DNA of 64,000 nucleotides, from NCBI GenBank assembly GCA_944332185.1, contig CALVJJ010000005.1, positions 438-64,437 on the forward strand, in the 5' to 3' direction. The DNA is from an uncultured Clostridia bacterium (GTDB lineage: Bacteria; Bacillota; Clostridia; Christensenellales; UBA1242). Below are positions 28,465 through 38,165 of this stretch, one piece after another. The first letter of the stretch is position 1. Every line of letters begins with the position of its first letter. A program made the translations under genes and the position numbers. The notes below the pieces were generated by a model, which was not told the origin of the DNA, searched no databases, and saw only the letters and a list, made by a program, of their open reading frames with translations.

Positions 28465-30114
28465 TTATTGATATTGATCTGGTAAATCATTGAGTAACAA
28501 ATATACACTTTTTGTTGGTTTTATATATTTTTTTGCTTCTTCAAAATCATGAGCATACATGACTTTTATATGAGTATTTGCGTCAATAACCCCTCTTGTA
28601 ATGGCTATTTTATTGATATCATTGACAATTACTATTGTATCAGCATTTTTTGCAATCATATTTCCCATGGTACAATTTAGTGTAAAACTTTCTTCTCCAG
28701 CCTCAACGATACCTGGTGTAATCACCACTTTTTCATAATCATGAAAAGTACGTAAAACTTCTAAAGCATTTTTTGCCCCCTCAATATTGCAATTAAAACT
28801 ATCATCAAGCACAAAACCTTCACCAAAAGGTTTTACACTTAATCTATGCTCCACGCTTTGTATTTCTTGCAGTCCTTTTACAATTAAACTATAGGATACC
28901 CCTAGATATTCTGCTACCAGAATACAGAGTCCAATATTCGTAGCTTGATGCTTTCCCAAGATCGGCACACAAAAATGATATTGGTGATTTTTTGTATAAC
29001 ACTCTATCTCTATTCCAGTCGATAAGCACTGAACATTTTTTAAATAACATACATTATCACACGCATTTTCATCGATCAAATGCTTTCTATTCTCACTAAT
29101 AACTACAGCTTTTGGAATGATTGTTTTATGTAACAAATTGAGTTCCAAATCACAATCTCCATTAAAGACAGCATATCCTTCTTTTGGAATATTCTCAATT
29201 AAAGCATATTTAGTACGGATAATTTCATAAACACTACCAAATGTTTTTAAATGCGCTTTTCCAATCGAAGTAAGTATTCCAATACTAGGTCTAACTTGAC
29301 GACATAATGTTGCAATATCTCCTTTGTGATCAGCCCCCATTTCGGCAATAAAAATTTGATGTTCGGCATTCAATTTTTGAAGAACTGTTTTAGAGATTCC
29401 CATTGGCGTATTATAACTTTTTTCTGTGGTTAGTACATTATATTTTTGTTTTAGTAACGTATCTAGTATGTTTTTTGTACTGGTTTTTCCATAACTTCCG
29501 GTTATACCTATTACCTTTAAAGCCTTTTGCTTTTGAATGGTTTTTTGAGATCTAGTATAGTAATAATGAAAAATGATTTTTTCTATAACAAAGTGCACAC
29601 CATACGCAACACAAAAAATAATAGGAAACAACAAGACATATAAAGGTATTCCCACCAAGATAATTCTTGACCAATACTGCAATCCCAAGACAAGAAAGAG
29701 TACAAAGTACACAATACTAATACTGCACAAAATTCCCATTAACCGTTTTATTCTTTTGGTATATTTTAAAGGAATTTTATACCGAGTCGTCATTTCACGA
29801 TATCCATCATTCCAAAGAAGTAAGCACCATAACAAATTACTGACATAAGCCACTATCATCCACCCACTACTTTTAATAGAAAGCAAACATAAAGACAAAC
29901 ATAAAAGTCCAAAAAATAATGCTGGAACCCAATATTTTTTTGTATATTTATACAATTTTACTTTTTGATTATTATAGGTTTCAAAAAAATGATAGCCTTC
30001 CAACTGTAATACATGCATATACCTAAGAGACAAGATCACCCCTAAAATAATACTGATACAGGACACTATTCCATACAGTACCACCCATGTAGCATGAAAT
30101 GAAAATGTATTCAT
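28465..30114 (-). CDS. MurF-like Mur ligase with an N-terminal domain of about five TM helices
   Basis: 549 aa from the ATG at 30112-30114, which forms an ATGA overlap with the hydrolase stop. The first 180 aa or so are hydrophobic helices. They are followed by the P-loop GITGSYGKTSTK, the MurF-like EMGADHKGDIATLCRQVRPSIGILTSIGKAHLKTFGS, and DDSFNCN. Confidence 0.75.
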   Translation of the reverse strand: MNTFSFHATWVVLYGIVSCISIILGVILSLRYMHVLQLEGYHFFETYNNQKVKLYKYTKKYWVPALFFGLLCLSLCLLSIKSSGWMIVAYVSNLLWCLLLWNDGYREMTTRYKIPLKYTKRIKRLMGILCSISIVYFVLFLVLGLQYWSRIILVGIPLYVLLFPIIFCVAYGVHFVIEKIIFHYYYTRSQKTIQKQKALKVIGITGSYGKTSTKNILDTLLKQKYNVLTTEKSYNTPMGISKTVLQKLNAEHQIFIAEMGADHKGDIATLCRQVRPSIGILTSIGKAHLKTFGSVYEIIRTKYALIENIPKEGYAVFNGDCDLELNLLHKTIIPKAVVISENRKHLIDENACDNVCYLKNVQCLSTGIEIECYTKNHQYHFCVPILGKHQATNIGLCILVAEYLGVSYSLIVKGLQEIQSVEHRLSVKPFGEGFVLDDSFNCNIEGAKNALEVLRTFHDYEKVVITPGIVEAGEESFTLNCTMGNMIAKNADTIVIVNDINKIAITRGVIDANTHIKVMYAHDFEEAKKYIKPTKSVYLLLNDLPDQYQ

Positions 30115-30863
30115 ACCTTCACCCCAAAAAATGATTTTATAATTCTTTGACATTGTGTTGTGTTTTCCAAATAACAAAAATGACCACTATATGGAAATAC
30201 AATAAGCCCACTGTCTTTTATTTTTTTATGTATTCTTTTTGCAAAATACAAAGGTGTGATGTTATCTTGTTTTCCCCATATGAGTAGCACAGAACATTTT
30301 ATTTTACTCAAATACTTATCTAAATAACAGGTAACCACTCGCACAAAACTCTTTTTTTCAAAAGGACTTAAAACTTGATAATCATCACTACCAAAATTAT
30401 TTAATCTTAAAGGATGCATGAGATGTAACTGAACTAATTTTTGATAGCAACGATATTTTGTTTTTAAATACCATTTTTTGAAAGAAAAATGATATTTTAG
30501 ACCAGCAATATCTAATAGAACCATTTTATCAATTTGAATATGAAAAACACTAGCAAGCAAAATCGCTACTCTTCCCCCAAAAGAATGTGCCACGATAGAA
30601 ATTTTTTGAATATTGAACTTACATAGTAAGGTAAAAACTTCACTAGCATAACAAAATATAGAATACGGTCTACCGATCTCACTTTCTATCATTTTGGGAA
30701 ATTGTACAGCAATACAACAAAAATTGTTTTCCAATGGCTGTATCAAAGATTGTAAACTTTTTTTATCTCCACCCCAACCATGTAAAAACACAACGACCTC
30801 TTTTCCTTTCCCTCTTATTTCATAAGATAACACAAACACCTCAAAACAAAAAAATCTATACAT
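30111..30863 (-). CDS. Alpha/beta hydrolase
   Basis: 250 aa. It contains VVFLHGWGGD, the nucleophile elbow AHSFGG, and a C-terminal ...GHFCYLE histidine region. The exact start is uncertain, since no clear Shine-Dalgarno sequence precedes the first ATG. Confidence 0.7.
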   Translation of the reverse strand: MYRFFCFEVFVLSYEIRGKGKEVVVFLHGWGGDKKSLQSLIQPLENNFCCIAVQFPKMIESEIGRPYSIFCYASEVFTLLCKFNIQKISIVAHSFGGRVAILLASVFHIQIDKMVLLDIAGLKYHFSFKKWYLKTKYRCYQKLVQLHLMHPLRLNNFGSDDYQVLSPFEKKSFVRVVTCYLDKYLSKIKCSVLLIWGKQDNITPLYFAKRIHKKIKDSGLIVFPYSGHFCYLENTTQCQRIIKSFFGVKV

Positions 30864-30896
30864 AAGTATAGATATGATATAAACATAAAATTGTTG

Positions 30897-31325
30897 TCAA
30901 TTCAGTACATATTGATACACAAGAGCATCTTCTGTACCATAATAATTTTTTCGAGTGTTCAGATAAACAAAACCTAATTTTTGATAAAATTCTCGAGCAG
31001 AATTGTGTTGTCTAACTTCAAGAAAAACTTTTTGTATTTTTTGATCTTTAAGATATGCAAAACCATATTTTAGAAGTGATTGTCCTATGCCTTGGTGTTG
31101 GTAATTGGGAGCAACTACAATTTGTAAAATATCAGCAGTCTCTACTGCTAGTAAAAAGCTCACAAACCCCACAATCTTTCCCTGTTTTTCATACACAAAA
31201 TACACTTTTTGATCATCTACTAGATCTGCAGCAATGACTTCTTTAGTCCATTTTTCATGTGTAAAAGCTTGTTGTTGCAATTGAAAAATAGACTCTACAT
31301 CTTGATTATTGGCTACTTTTATCAT
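30897..31325 (-). CDS. rimI: Ribosomal-protein-alanine N-acetyltransferase RimI (GNAT)
   Basis: 142 aa. The GNAT motif is IVVAPNYQHQGIGQSLL. It follows tsaE-tsaB, the conserved context. Confidence 0.75.
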   Translation of the reverse strand: MIKVANNQDVESIFQLQQQAFTHEKWTKEVIAADLVDDQKVYFVYEKQGKIVGFVSFLLAVETADILQIVVAPNYQHQGIGQSLLKYGFAYLKDQKIQKVFLEVRQHNSAREFYQKLGFVYLNTRKNYYGTEDALVYQYVLN

Positions 31326-31932
31326 CTTGTTTTTTATTCCACTCTCTTTCTGCTTGTGATAATTGTAAATAATATGGTTCTACTTCTATAATAGAATCAA
31401 ATTCTTTGTTCTTTATTCTTTTTTCAACATATTGCATCATAAGATCATCGATATGATGAATAAGGATTACATCACTTGGCATATCTTGTTTTTCTTCCTC
31501 CAATGCATAATATGGAAAACTTGCTTCTTGCTTTTGAATTACTTTTGCCTCTACTACTTTATGTTGATCTATTTTCCCCATATAATAGGTACTATGCGTA
31601 GAAGATAACAACATCATACCAGTCTCTATATTATCTTTTACCACATCGAACATAGAAAAAGCTACTACTTTTTTGTTTTGCCCAAAACAAAATGCTTTGA
31701 CAGTGCTTAACCCCACACGTATTCCTGTAAAAGATCCCGGGCCAGTCACCACAGCCAAACAATCAACATCTTGTAAAGATACATTGGCTTGTGCCAAAAT
31801 TTCATCTATAGCAGGCAAAAGATTTTCACTATGTTTTTCATTTTCACCCAACATAATTTTATAAGGCAATTTATTGATTTTTGCTAAAATATGAGCAATT
31901 TTTTTTGTTGTATCTATGATTAAATAATTCAT
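31306..31932 (-). CDS. tsaB: tRNA t6A37 biosynthesis protein TsaB (YeaZ)
   Basis: 208 aa. It contains LIIDTT... and AVVTGPGSFTGIRVGLSTVKAF. An ATGA overlap links it to tsaE. Confidence 0.8.
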   Translation of the reverse strand: MNYLIIDTTKKIAHILAKINKLPYKIMLGENEKHSENLLPAIDEILAQANVSLQDVDCLAVVTGPGSFTGIRVGLSTVKAFCFGQNKKVVAFSMFDVVKDNIETGMMLLSSTHSTYYMGKIDQHKVVEAKVIQKQEASFPYYALEEEKQDMPSDVILIHHIDDLMMQYVEKRIKNKEFDSIIEVEPYYLQLSQAEREWNKKQDDKSSQ

Positions 31933-32369
31933 ACATTTCCTCTTTTTGTTAAAGTCACTAATCTTTCTGTTTCTCCTAATTTTGTGATTTGTAATTCATA
32001 ACAATCTGGATAGACAAAATCTGGCAAATTATATGGCCATTCGATCAAGACAATATCTTTTTTTTTAGGTGCATATACATAGTCTTCGAATCCAAATTCT
32101 TGTACTTCTTCAGTTTGTTCAATACGATATAGGTCAAAATGAATAATATGGAAAGGTTTGCCTTGATATTCTCTCATGATGGTAAACGTAGGACTTGTTA
32201 CTTCCTCTTTGACTTTACCTGCTTTACAAAAATATTTTGTGAAAGTTGTTTTTCCAGCTCCCAAATCACCATTTAATAAAATAATTTCTCCACCATGTAA
32301 AGTTTTATAAAATTTTTTTGCAAACTTTTCCATTTCTTTGACAGATCGAACAGTAATTTTGATTTCCAT
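31929..32369 (-). CDS. tsaE: tRNA t6A37 biosynthesis ATPase TsaE (YjeE)
   Basis: 146 aa. It contains LNGDLGAGKTTFTK and SPTFTIMREY...HFDLYR. Confidence 0.85.
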   Translation of the reverse strand: MEIKITVRSVKEMEKFAKKFYKTLHGGEIILLNGDLGAGKTTFTKYFCKAGKVKEEVTSPTFTIMREYQGKPFHIIHFDLYRIEQTEEVQEFGFEDYVYAPKKKDIVLIEWPYNLPDFVYPDCYELQITKLGETERLVTLTKRGNV

Positions 32370-33655
32370 TATTCAATCACCTTCTCAATCAATTTTTTCT
32401 CTTTTGTTTTTGTTTTTTTGATTTCAAATGCACTCTCTAATTCCTGCAACATACTATCTAGTCCACTCTTACTATTCGTATGAATATAACAAAGCACTTG
32501 TCCATGTCTGACATAACTATTGATCTCTACATTGAGTCTAATCCCTTGCGTTGGTTTTAACTCGTTGGCAATATTCATATTCTTCAAATGTTGTACCACT
32601 TTTGCAATTTTATAAGCATCAATATGGTGAACATACCCAGAGGTCTTACTTACAAATTCTACTGTATATTTTGATTTTGGAAGCAGTTCTGGTTTCATGA
32701 CGTATGTACTGTTGCCTCCATGTCTTTCAATCATTTCGGCTAACTTTTCTTTTGCCATGCCACTTTGCATAATTTCTTCGATTTTTTGTCCAATATTTTT
32801 ATCTTTCACATTGGTGTACTTTTCATACAAAAACTTCACAATGGCTTTGGATAAAATAGCTAGTTTTGAAGTAGATCGACCGGACAAGACATCCAGAGCA
32901 CATCGCACTTCATCGACACAACCAATTCCTCGATCAAGTGGAACATTCATATTGGTTACGAAAGCATATACTTCTTTGCCGTCCATTTTTCCAATCTTCA
33001 CCATCAGTTTTGCAAGAGTGATGGCATCTTTTTTTGTCTTCATAAAAGCACCGCTACCATATTTTACATCTAATAGAATAATAGATGCACCACTAGCAAG
33101 TTTTTTACTCATGACAGAACTTGCAATCAACGGTATACTATCTACTGTAGCCGTTTGATCTCGTAACTGATATATTTTTTTATCTGCTGGTGCTAGTTCT
33201 ACCGATTGACTAACAATACTACACCCGACCTCTTTCAAAATATTCTCAAATTCTTTGACATCCAGATCAGCTTGATACCCAGAAAAAACTTCTAACTTAT
33301 CAATCGTTCCTCCTGTAAACCCCAACGAACGACCACTCATTTTTGCTACTTTTACATTCAAACAAGCAAGAATTGGTGCAATAATCAAAGTCGTTGTGTC
33401 ACTAACTCCACCAGTACTATGTTTATCCACAGCTTTTATGCCCAAATCAATGGTTTCTCCACTGTTTTTCATGCATTTTGTCAAATAATATGTTTCCTTA
33501 TCTGTCATAGAATGAATGGTAACAGCCATTAGAAAACTACTCATTTGAGCATCAGTAATTTGACCCAAATTATACCCATTGACGACAAAAGATATTTCTT
33601 CTTTTGTTAGTTCTTTTCCATATCTTTTTTTCTCAATAATATCATACATGATCAT
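32369..33655 (-). CDS. pdp: Pyrimidine-nucleoside (thymidine) phosphorylase
   Basis: 428 aa. MIMYDIIEKKRYGKELTKEEISFVVNGY... and DKHSTGGVSDTTTL...KMSGRSLGFTGGTIDKLE align along the whole N-terminus with Bacillus Pdp. Confidence 0.9.
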   Translation of the reverse strand: MIMYDIIEKKRYGKELTKEEISFVVNGYNLGQITDAQMSSFLMAVTIHSMTDKETYYLTKCMKNSGETIDLGIKAVDKHSTGGVSDTTTLIIAPILACLNVKVAKMSGRSLGFTGGTIDKLEVFSGYQADLDVKEFENILKEVGCSIVSQSVELAPADKKIYQLRDQTATVDSIPLIASSVMSKKLASGASIILLDVKYGSGAFMKTKKDAITLAKLMVKIGKMDGKEVYAFVTNMNVPLDRGIGCVDEVRCALDVLSGRSTSKLAILSKAIVKFLYEKYTNVKDKNIGQKIEEIMQSGMAKEKLAEMIERHGGNSTYVMKPELLPKSKYTVEFVSKTSGYVHHIDAYKIAKVVQHLKNMNIANELKPTQGIRLNVEINSYVRHGQVLCYIHTNSKSGLDSMLQELESAFEIKKTKTKEKKLIEKVIE

Positions 33656-34556
33656 GATTTTTCCCTTCTTTATCCAACATTTTAAACACCCATGGTAAGA
33701 GTATGGTGCTCATAAAAGAACCTAGCACACATACCAAATAGGTAGACCAATCATTAGGAATCAAACATTTGATTAGAATATAAACAACCAGCAGAACAAA
33801 GACACCTACAACCGCTCTGATCAAAGATTTTTTAGCATGAGTAGATGGTTGATAGTGAATATATCTATCTTCAAGAAAGTACCCAACAATTAGACAAATA
33901 GCAATCAAAAGATATTTATACACACTCACCGAATCCACCTTCATCAATGCAAGTACAAGGATCGCAAGCAATCCAAATATGGCTCCACAAACAAGCATTA
34001 TCACAATAGTTTTTTTAGACATTTTCTTTTCTATGCTTAAAAAAACCATTTCGCAAAGATATGCGACTGCAAAGCCAATGAGTAATCCAGCTATTGTATC
34101 TGTCAAATAATGTTGTCCCAAATACATACGACTAAGTGCCACCAAACACCCACCAAGTATCAATACGATGTCAATGGTAATTCGAAAACTTTTTGAACCA
34201 TGATGATATTTGTGATTTTCCAATGACGTTGTCGTAGCAAGTAATGCATAACTTTGACTATGACCACTAGGAAAACTTGTGCCATAAGCAGGTTTTTTAT
34301 TGATAATAGAACTATCTGCCACATAAGGTCTAGGCCTACTAATTAAAGCCTTTAAAACAAAATTCACACCTGCACTAATCATGTAAAAAACACTCAACTT
34401 TAAAGCTGATTTTTTACTATAACACCAGTAAAATATAGAAAACAATACAAAAAAGAAAATTTCTTCTCCTAATCTAGTACACAATAAAAAGAATGTATCA
34501 AAAAAGGCATTGCTGATCGATTGAATTGCTTTTATGATATTGATTTCCATATACAC
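33642..34556 (-). CDS. PAP2-family lipid phosphatase with extra C-terminal TM helices
   Basis: 304 aa. PAP2 motifs KALISRPRP, SFPSGHS and SRMYLGQHYLTD are present. About four additional TM helices follow the catalytic core. Confidence 0.75.
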   Translation of the reverse strand: MYMEINIIKAIQSISNAFFDTFFLLCTRLGEEIFFFVLFSIFYWCYSKKSALKLSVFYMISAGVNFVLKALISRPRPYVADSSIINKKPAYGTSFPSGHSQSYALLATTTSLENHKYHHGSKSFRITIDIVLILGGCLVALSRMYLGQHYLTDTIAGLLIGFAVAYLCEMVFLSIEKKMSKKTIVIMLVCGAIFGLLAILVLALMKVDSVSVYKYLLIAICLIVGYFLEDRYIHYQPSTHAKKSLIRAVVGVFVLLVVYILIKCLIPNDWSTYLVCVLGSFMSTILLPWVFKMLDKEGKNHDHV

Positions 34557-34662
34557 CCCTTATGTTTTTGTACATTATTTATTGTAGCCAATATGATCAA
34601 AAAAGTAAAGTAAAAAGAATAATAAGCCTATATTTTGTCCATGATTACATAGGAGAAGTATC

Positions 34663-35397
34663 ATGAAACATATTACCAATCTTATTAGACATACACTTAC
34701 CTTTTTTATTTTCTTTTTCTTATCTTTTATGTGGATTCAGTATTATCAAAGGCAATATATACAAAGTCTACTACTGGCTATCTTCATCAGTATAACACTC
34801 ACGATTTTCATTAGTCTATTACAAAATAAAAAATCAAAAAAATATCGACAACTAAAAATAAAAGAAAATGAGGTAGAGCAATTTGGAAAAAATTTACTAT
34901 TATGCTCTGATGAAGAAATTATCAAAATATGTGAACCACTTGCACAAGGAAGTGATCACTACGAATATGCTTTTCATACTTTTTCTGTGACACCAAACGA
35001 TATACTATTCATTCTACATCAACACCATACCCAACAAAAAATCACTATTTTTTGCTATCAGTATGACAAAACTATTCTGGATTTTGTCAAACATATTGCC
35101 AATAAAACTATTATACTCTATCACTATCAAGATATTTATACTTTACTATGCAACCTACAAAAATTGCCTACATTACCGACATATTATCAACCCGAAAAAC
35201 ATACTACCATCAAGCAAATTTTATCTACTGCTTGCAAAAAAGAGAAAGCAAAATCTTATTTTTTAAGTGGTTTATTTTTTGGGATTGGCAGTCTTTTTAT
35301 TCGGTATAATATTTATTATATGGTGATGAGTACTCTTTTATTTTTGCTGGCTTTATATGCTCTATGTAATAAAAAATATAATGATACAAAACCATAA
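34663..35397 (+). CDS. Membrane protein of unknown function (2 TM, soluble domain of about 120 aa, 2 TM)
   Basis: 244 aa. GGAG lies upstream of the ATG and a hairpin terminator lies downstream (about 35417-35443). No family was recognised. Confidence 0.55.
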   Translation: MKHITNLIRHTLTFFIFFFLSFMWIQYYQRQYIQSLLLAIFISITLTIFISLLQNKKSKKYRQLKIKENEVEQFGKNLLLCSDEEIIKICEPLAQGSDHYEYAFHTFSVTPNDILFILHQHHTQQKITIFCYQYDKTILDFVKHIANKTIILYHYQDIYTLLCNLQKLPTLPTYYQPEKHTTIKQILSTACKKEKAKSYFLSGLFFGIGSLFIRYNIYYMVMSTLLFLLALYALCNKKYNDTKP

Positions 35398-35502
35398 ACA
35401 CCTATTCTTATATAAAAAATAGCACCAATGTGCTATTTTTTATGTCTATATATAGTTTTTACAGATCCTTTACCTACCTAAAAAGTCTGTCACACAATAG
35501 AA

Positions 35503-35793
35503 TTATAATACATGATGGATTTTTGATTTGTTGGAATATTTGTATAAAACAATTTTACTTCCAATCACACATACGATTTCACTTTCTGTCTGCTTCATCA
35601 GTTGATCAGCAATGTCTTTCACTGTATCCATCGCCCCTTTTTGCACCTTTATTTTTACTAATTCATGTGCCAACAAATTGTCTTTTACTTGTTCAATCAC
35701 CGTGTTTGTCACGCCGTTTTGTCCCACATATACTAGATCTGGAGCAGTACTTGCTAAGCCTCTTAATTTTGCTCTATCTTTTGGTTGTAACAT
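35503..35793 (-). CDS. yhbY: Ribosome-assembly RNA-binding protein YhbY (CRM domain)
   Basis: 96 aa. LRGLASTAPDLVYVGQNGVTNTVIEQVKDNLLAHELVKIKV is the CRS1/YhbY signature. The gene is downstream of obg. Confidence 0.8.
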   Translation of the reverse strand: MLQPKDRAKLRGLASTAPDLVYVGQNGVTNTVIEQVKDNLLAHELVKIKVQKGAMDTVKDIADQLMKQTESEIVCVIGSKIVLYKYSNKSKIHHVL

Positions 35794-35801
35794 GTTTCCT
35801 C

Positions 35802-37073
35802 CTATTCTACATATTCGAATTCAATATCGCACACTTTGACGGTATCTCCTTCTACCATTCCCATCTCTTTTAGTTTATCAATAATGCCTTCATCTTTTAA
35901 TCTTTTTTGGAAATAAGCAAAACTACTCATATCATCAATCATCACACCATAGGCAATGGTATCAATGAGTTCGCCTTGCAATTCAAAATAATGTTCTGCT
36001 TGACGAATAATTTGATATTCTTTGTGATTTCGTTTGTCCATATCTGTTTCTTCAATTTCAACTGGTTGTCTTTTTGCAATGGTATTAAGTTTTGCAACAA
36101 TACATTTTAAAAGTGGATCAAAACCTTGATAACTAATAGCACTGAGTGTAAAGATATCATGACTATCTCCAACTTTTTCTTTAAATTTTGCAATGACTTC
36201 TTCTTGGTTTTCTCCCAACAAATCCACTTTGTTAAGAACAATAATTTGAGGCAAATTCTTTACATCATCACTGTATTTTTGTAATTCTTGGTTGATAACA
36301 CAGTAATCATGGTAAGGATCTCTTCCTTCTGATCCAGCTATATCAATGACGTGTAAAAGGAGTCTTGTCCTTTCAATATGTTTTAAAAAATCTAGTCCAA
36401 GTCCTAATCCTTCACTAGCCCCTTCAATGAGTCCCGGTATATCTGCCATCACAAAACTTGTATCATATACTTTCACTACACCAATATTGGGAGCAAGTGT
36501 GGTAAAATGATAATTGGCTATTTTTGGTTTTGCATTAGATACTACAGATAAAATAGTGGATTTCCCTACATTTGGAAAACCTATTAAGCCCACATCAGCA
36601 ATGGTTTTTAATTCTAGTAGTAATTCAAATTCTTTGGTAATCCCACCCATTTCGGAGAATCGTGGAGCTTGTCTCGTTGGAGTACAAAAATGTTTATTTC
36701 CCCTACCACCTTTACCACCTTTTAGCAAGATTACTTCTTGATTAGGATAATACATATCTGCCACTACTTTACCAGTAGCTAGATTACGAACAACTGTTCC
36801 TTGCGGAACTTCAACAATGACATCTTCTCCACTTTTTCCCGTTTGTAGTTTTTTACTGCCATCTTGTCCATTCTTTGCAAAAAACTTTTTCTTGTATCGA
36901 AAATCTGCTAAATTGGTAAGATTGTTGACCACCTTAAAGACTACATTTCCCCCTTTTCCACCATCGCCACCATCTGGGCCACCACTTGGGTTTTTCGCAT
37001 CTCTAAAGAAACTGACACAACCATTCCCACCATTACCGGCTTTACATACAATTTTGACTTTATCTAAAAACAT
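35802..37073 (-). CDS. obg: GTPase Obg/CgtA
   Basis: 423 aa. It has the glycine-rich Obg fold (GGNGCVSFFR...GGPDGGDGGKGG) and G motifs GFPNVGKST, DIPGLIEGA and NKVD. A C-terminal OCT domain is present. Confidence 0.93.
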   Translation of the reverse strand: MFLDKVKIVCKAGNGGNGCVSFFRDAKNPSGGPDGGDGGKGGNVVFKVVNNLTNLADFRYKKKFFAKNGQDGSKKLQTGKSGEDVIVEVPQGTVVRNLATGKVVADMYYPNQEVILLKGGKGGRGNKHFCTPTRQAPRFSEMGGITKEFELLLELKTIADVGLIGFPNVGKSTILSVVSNAKPKIANYHFTTLAPNIGVVKVYDTSFVMADIPGLIEGASEGLGLGLDFLKHIERTRLLLHVIDIAGSEGRDPYHDYCVINQELQKYSDDVKNLPQIIVLNKVDLLGENQEEVIAKFKEKVGDSHDIFTLSAISYQGFDPLLKCIVAKLNTIAKRQPVEIEETDMDKRNHKEYQIIRQAEHYFELQGELIDTIAYGVMIDDMSSFAYFQKRLKDEGIIDKLKEMGMVEGDTVKVCDIEFEYVE

Positions 37074-37082
37074 AATACCCTC

Positions 37083-37721
37083 TTATTTTTTATTTTGATT
37101 ATATTCGCATAACTTTTGCAACACACAAGTTGCACATTGTGGATTACGAGCCTTACAACAATATCTACCATGTAACAGTAACAGATGATGTAATTGTTCC
37201 CATTGCTGTTTTGGATACAGTTGTTTTAAAACATTCTCGGTGTCTACAACATTAGTAGTATGACACAAACCAATTCGATTACTCACTCTTTGTACATGTG
37301 TATCTACTGCAATAGCAGGAATATGGTATCCTACAGCAAGCACTACACTGGCTGTTTTTCTTCCTACACCATCAAGTGTCAACAATTCTTCCATCGTAGA
37401 AGGAACTTGTCCAGCATATTGACTCACAATCATTTTACAAGCATTTTGAATGTGTTTTGCTTTGACTTGATAAAATCCACATGGTTTTATAGCTTGCTCT
37501 AGTTCTTGCGTATCACAACTAGCAAAATCTTCTGGAGTTGCCCAACGCTGAAACAAATCTTTCGTGACCATATTGACTCTTTTATCTGTACATTGTGCTG
37601 ATAAAATCACAGCAATCAACAACTCAAATACTGAAGTAAAATGCAGTTCACTTTGTGCATTAGGAATAACTTGTTGTAAGTGTAAAAACACTTGTTTTGC
37701 TTTTGTATCTTGTTTCATCAT
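37083..37721 (-). CDS. nth: Endonuclease III (Nth)
   Basis: 212 aa. It contains the HhH-GPD segment (LTLDGVGRKTASVVL) and the Fe-S cluster loop CKARNPQCATCVLQKLC. Confidence 0.9.
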   Translation of the reverse strand: MMKQDTKAKQVFLHLQQVIPNAQSELHFTSVFELLIAVILSAQCTDKRVNMVTKDLFQRWATPEDFASCDTQELEQAIKPCGFYQVKAKHIQNACKMIVSQYAGQVPSTMEELLTLDGVGRKTASVVLAVGYHIPAIAVDTHVQRVSNRIGLCHTTNVVDTENVLKQLYPKQQWEQLHHLLLLHGRYCCKARNPQCATCVLQKLCEYNQNKK

Positions 37722-37807
37722 GATCCTTGTACTCTTGTAGTATATTATAGCAAAAAAGTTAGGAGATTTAAAGTGTTTTTATCAAAATTGTCTAGCAATT
37801 ATACAAC

Positions 37808-38086
37808 TTATCTCCAAAATGGTTTTTGGCTAGGATACACACTATACTTTTTTGTCTGCCCATAATGAATCTCGTAAAAGTTTTGAAAACTACTATAATT
37901 ACCCCTTTTTAAGACATATAATGCCTTGTCATACTGTAGTAGATCTGTTTTGACACTTAGTCCACAAGAAACACCAAGTTCTCTAGGAGTAGGTACTACT
38001 TCACATTTTACGCCCATGTTTTTTAACATTTTTTGATAAGTCAATGTATGCGTCCTATTCCCGAATACAATTAGCATTTCTTTCAT
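37808..38086 (-). CDS. DUF3343-type small protein (putative S/Se carrier-like)
   Basis: 92 aa. The pattern MLIVFGNRTHTLTYQKMLKNMGVKCEVVPTPRELGVSCGLSV fits this family. It is divergent from a class-V aminotransferase gene. Confidence 0.55.
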   Translation of the reverse strand: MKEMLIVFGNRTHTLTYQKMLKNMGVKCEVVPTPRELGVSCGLSVKTDLLQYDKALYVLKRGNYSSFQNFYEIHYGQTKKYSVYPSQKPFWR

Positions 38087-38165
38087 CGTTTTCTCCTTAG
38101 AACAATTTATCTATTTACTACATACTATTATATAGTGACATCTATTTGTGACAAAAGGAGTAAGT

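Noticed and set aside
28465-30177. The longer ORF-track start of the MurF-like gene (MLFGKHNTMSKNYK…), and similar upstream extensions for rnj (4157), parE (25660), uvrB (55439), the ferredoxin (42057), the desulfurase (38148), the 204-aa and 267-aa phage-module ORFs, DUF421 (49172) and the 1210-aa ORF (43386).
   Set aside because: In each case the extension overlaps the preceding gene or lacks an RBS. An internal ATG has a good Shine-Dalgarno sequence, or forms an ATGA/TAATG coupling junction, or aligns with the conserved N-terminus of the family. The shorter coordinates were used.
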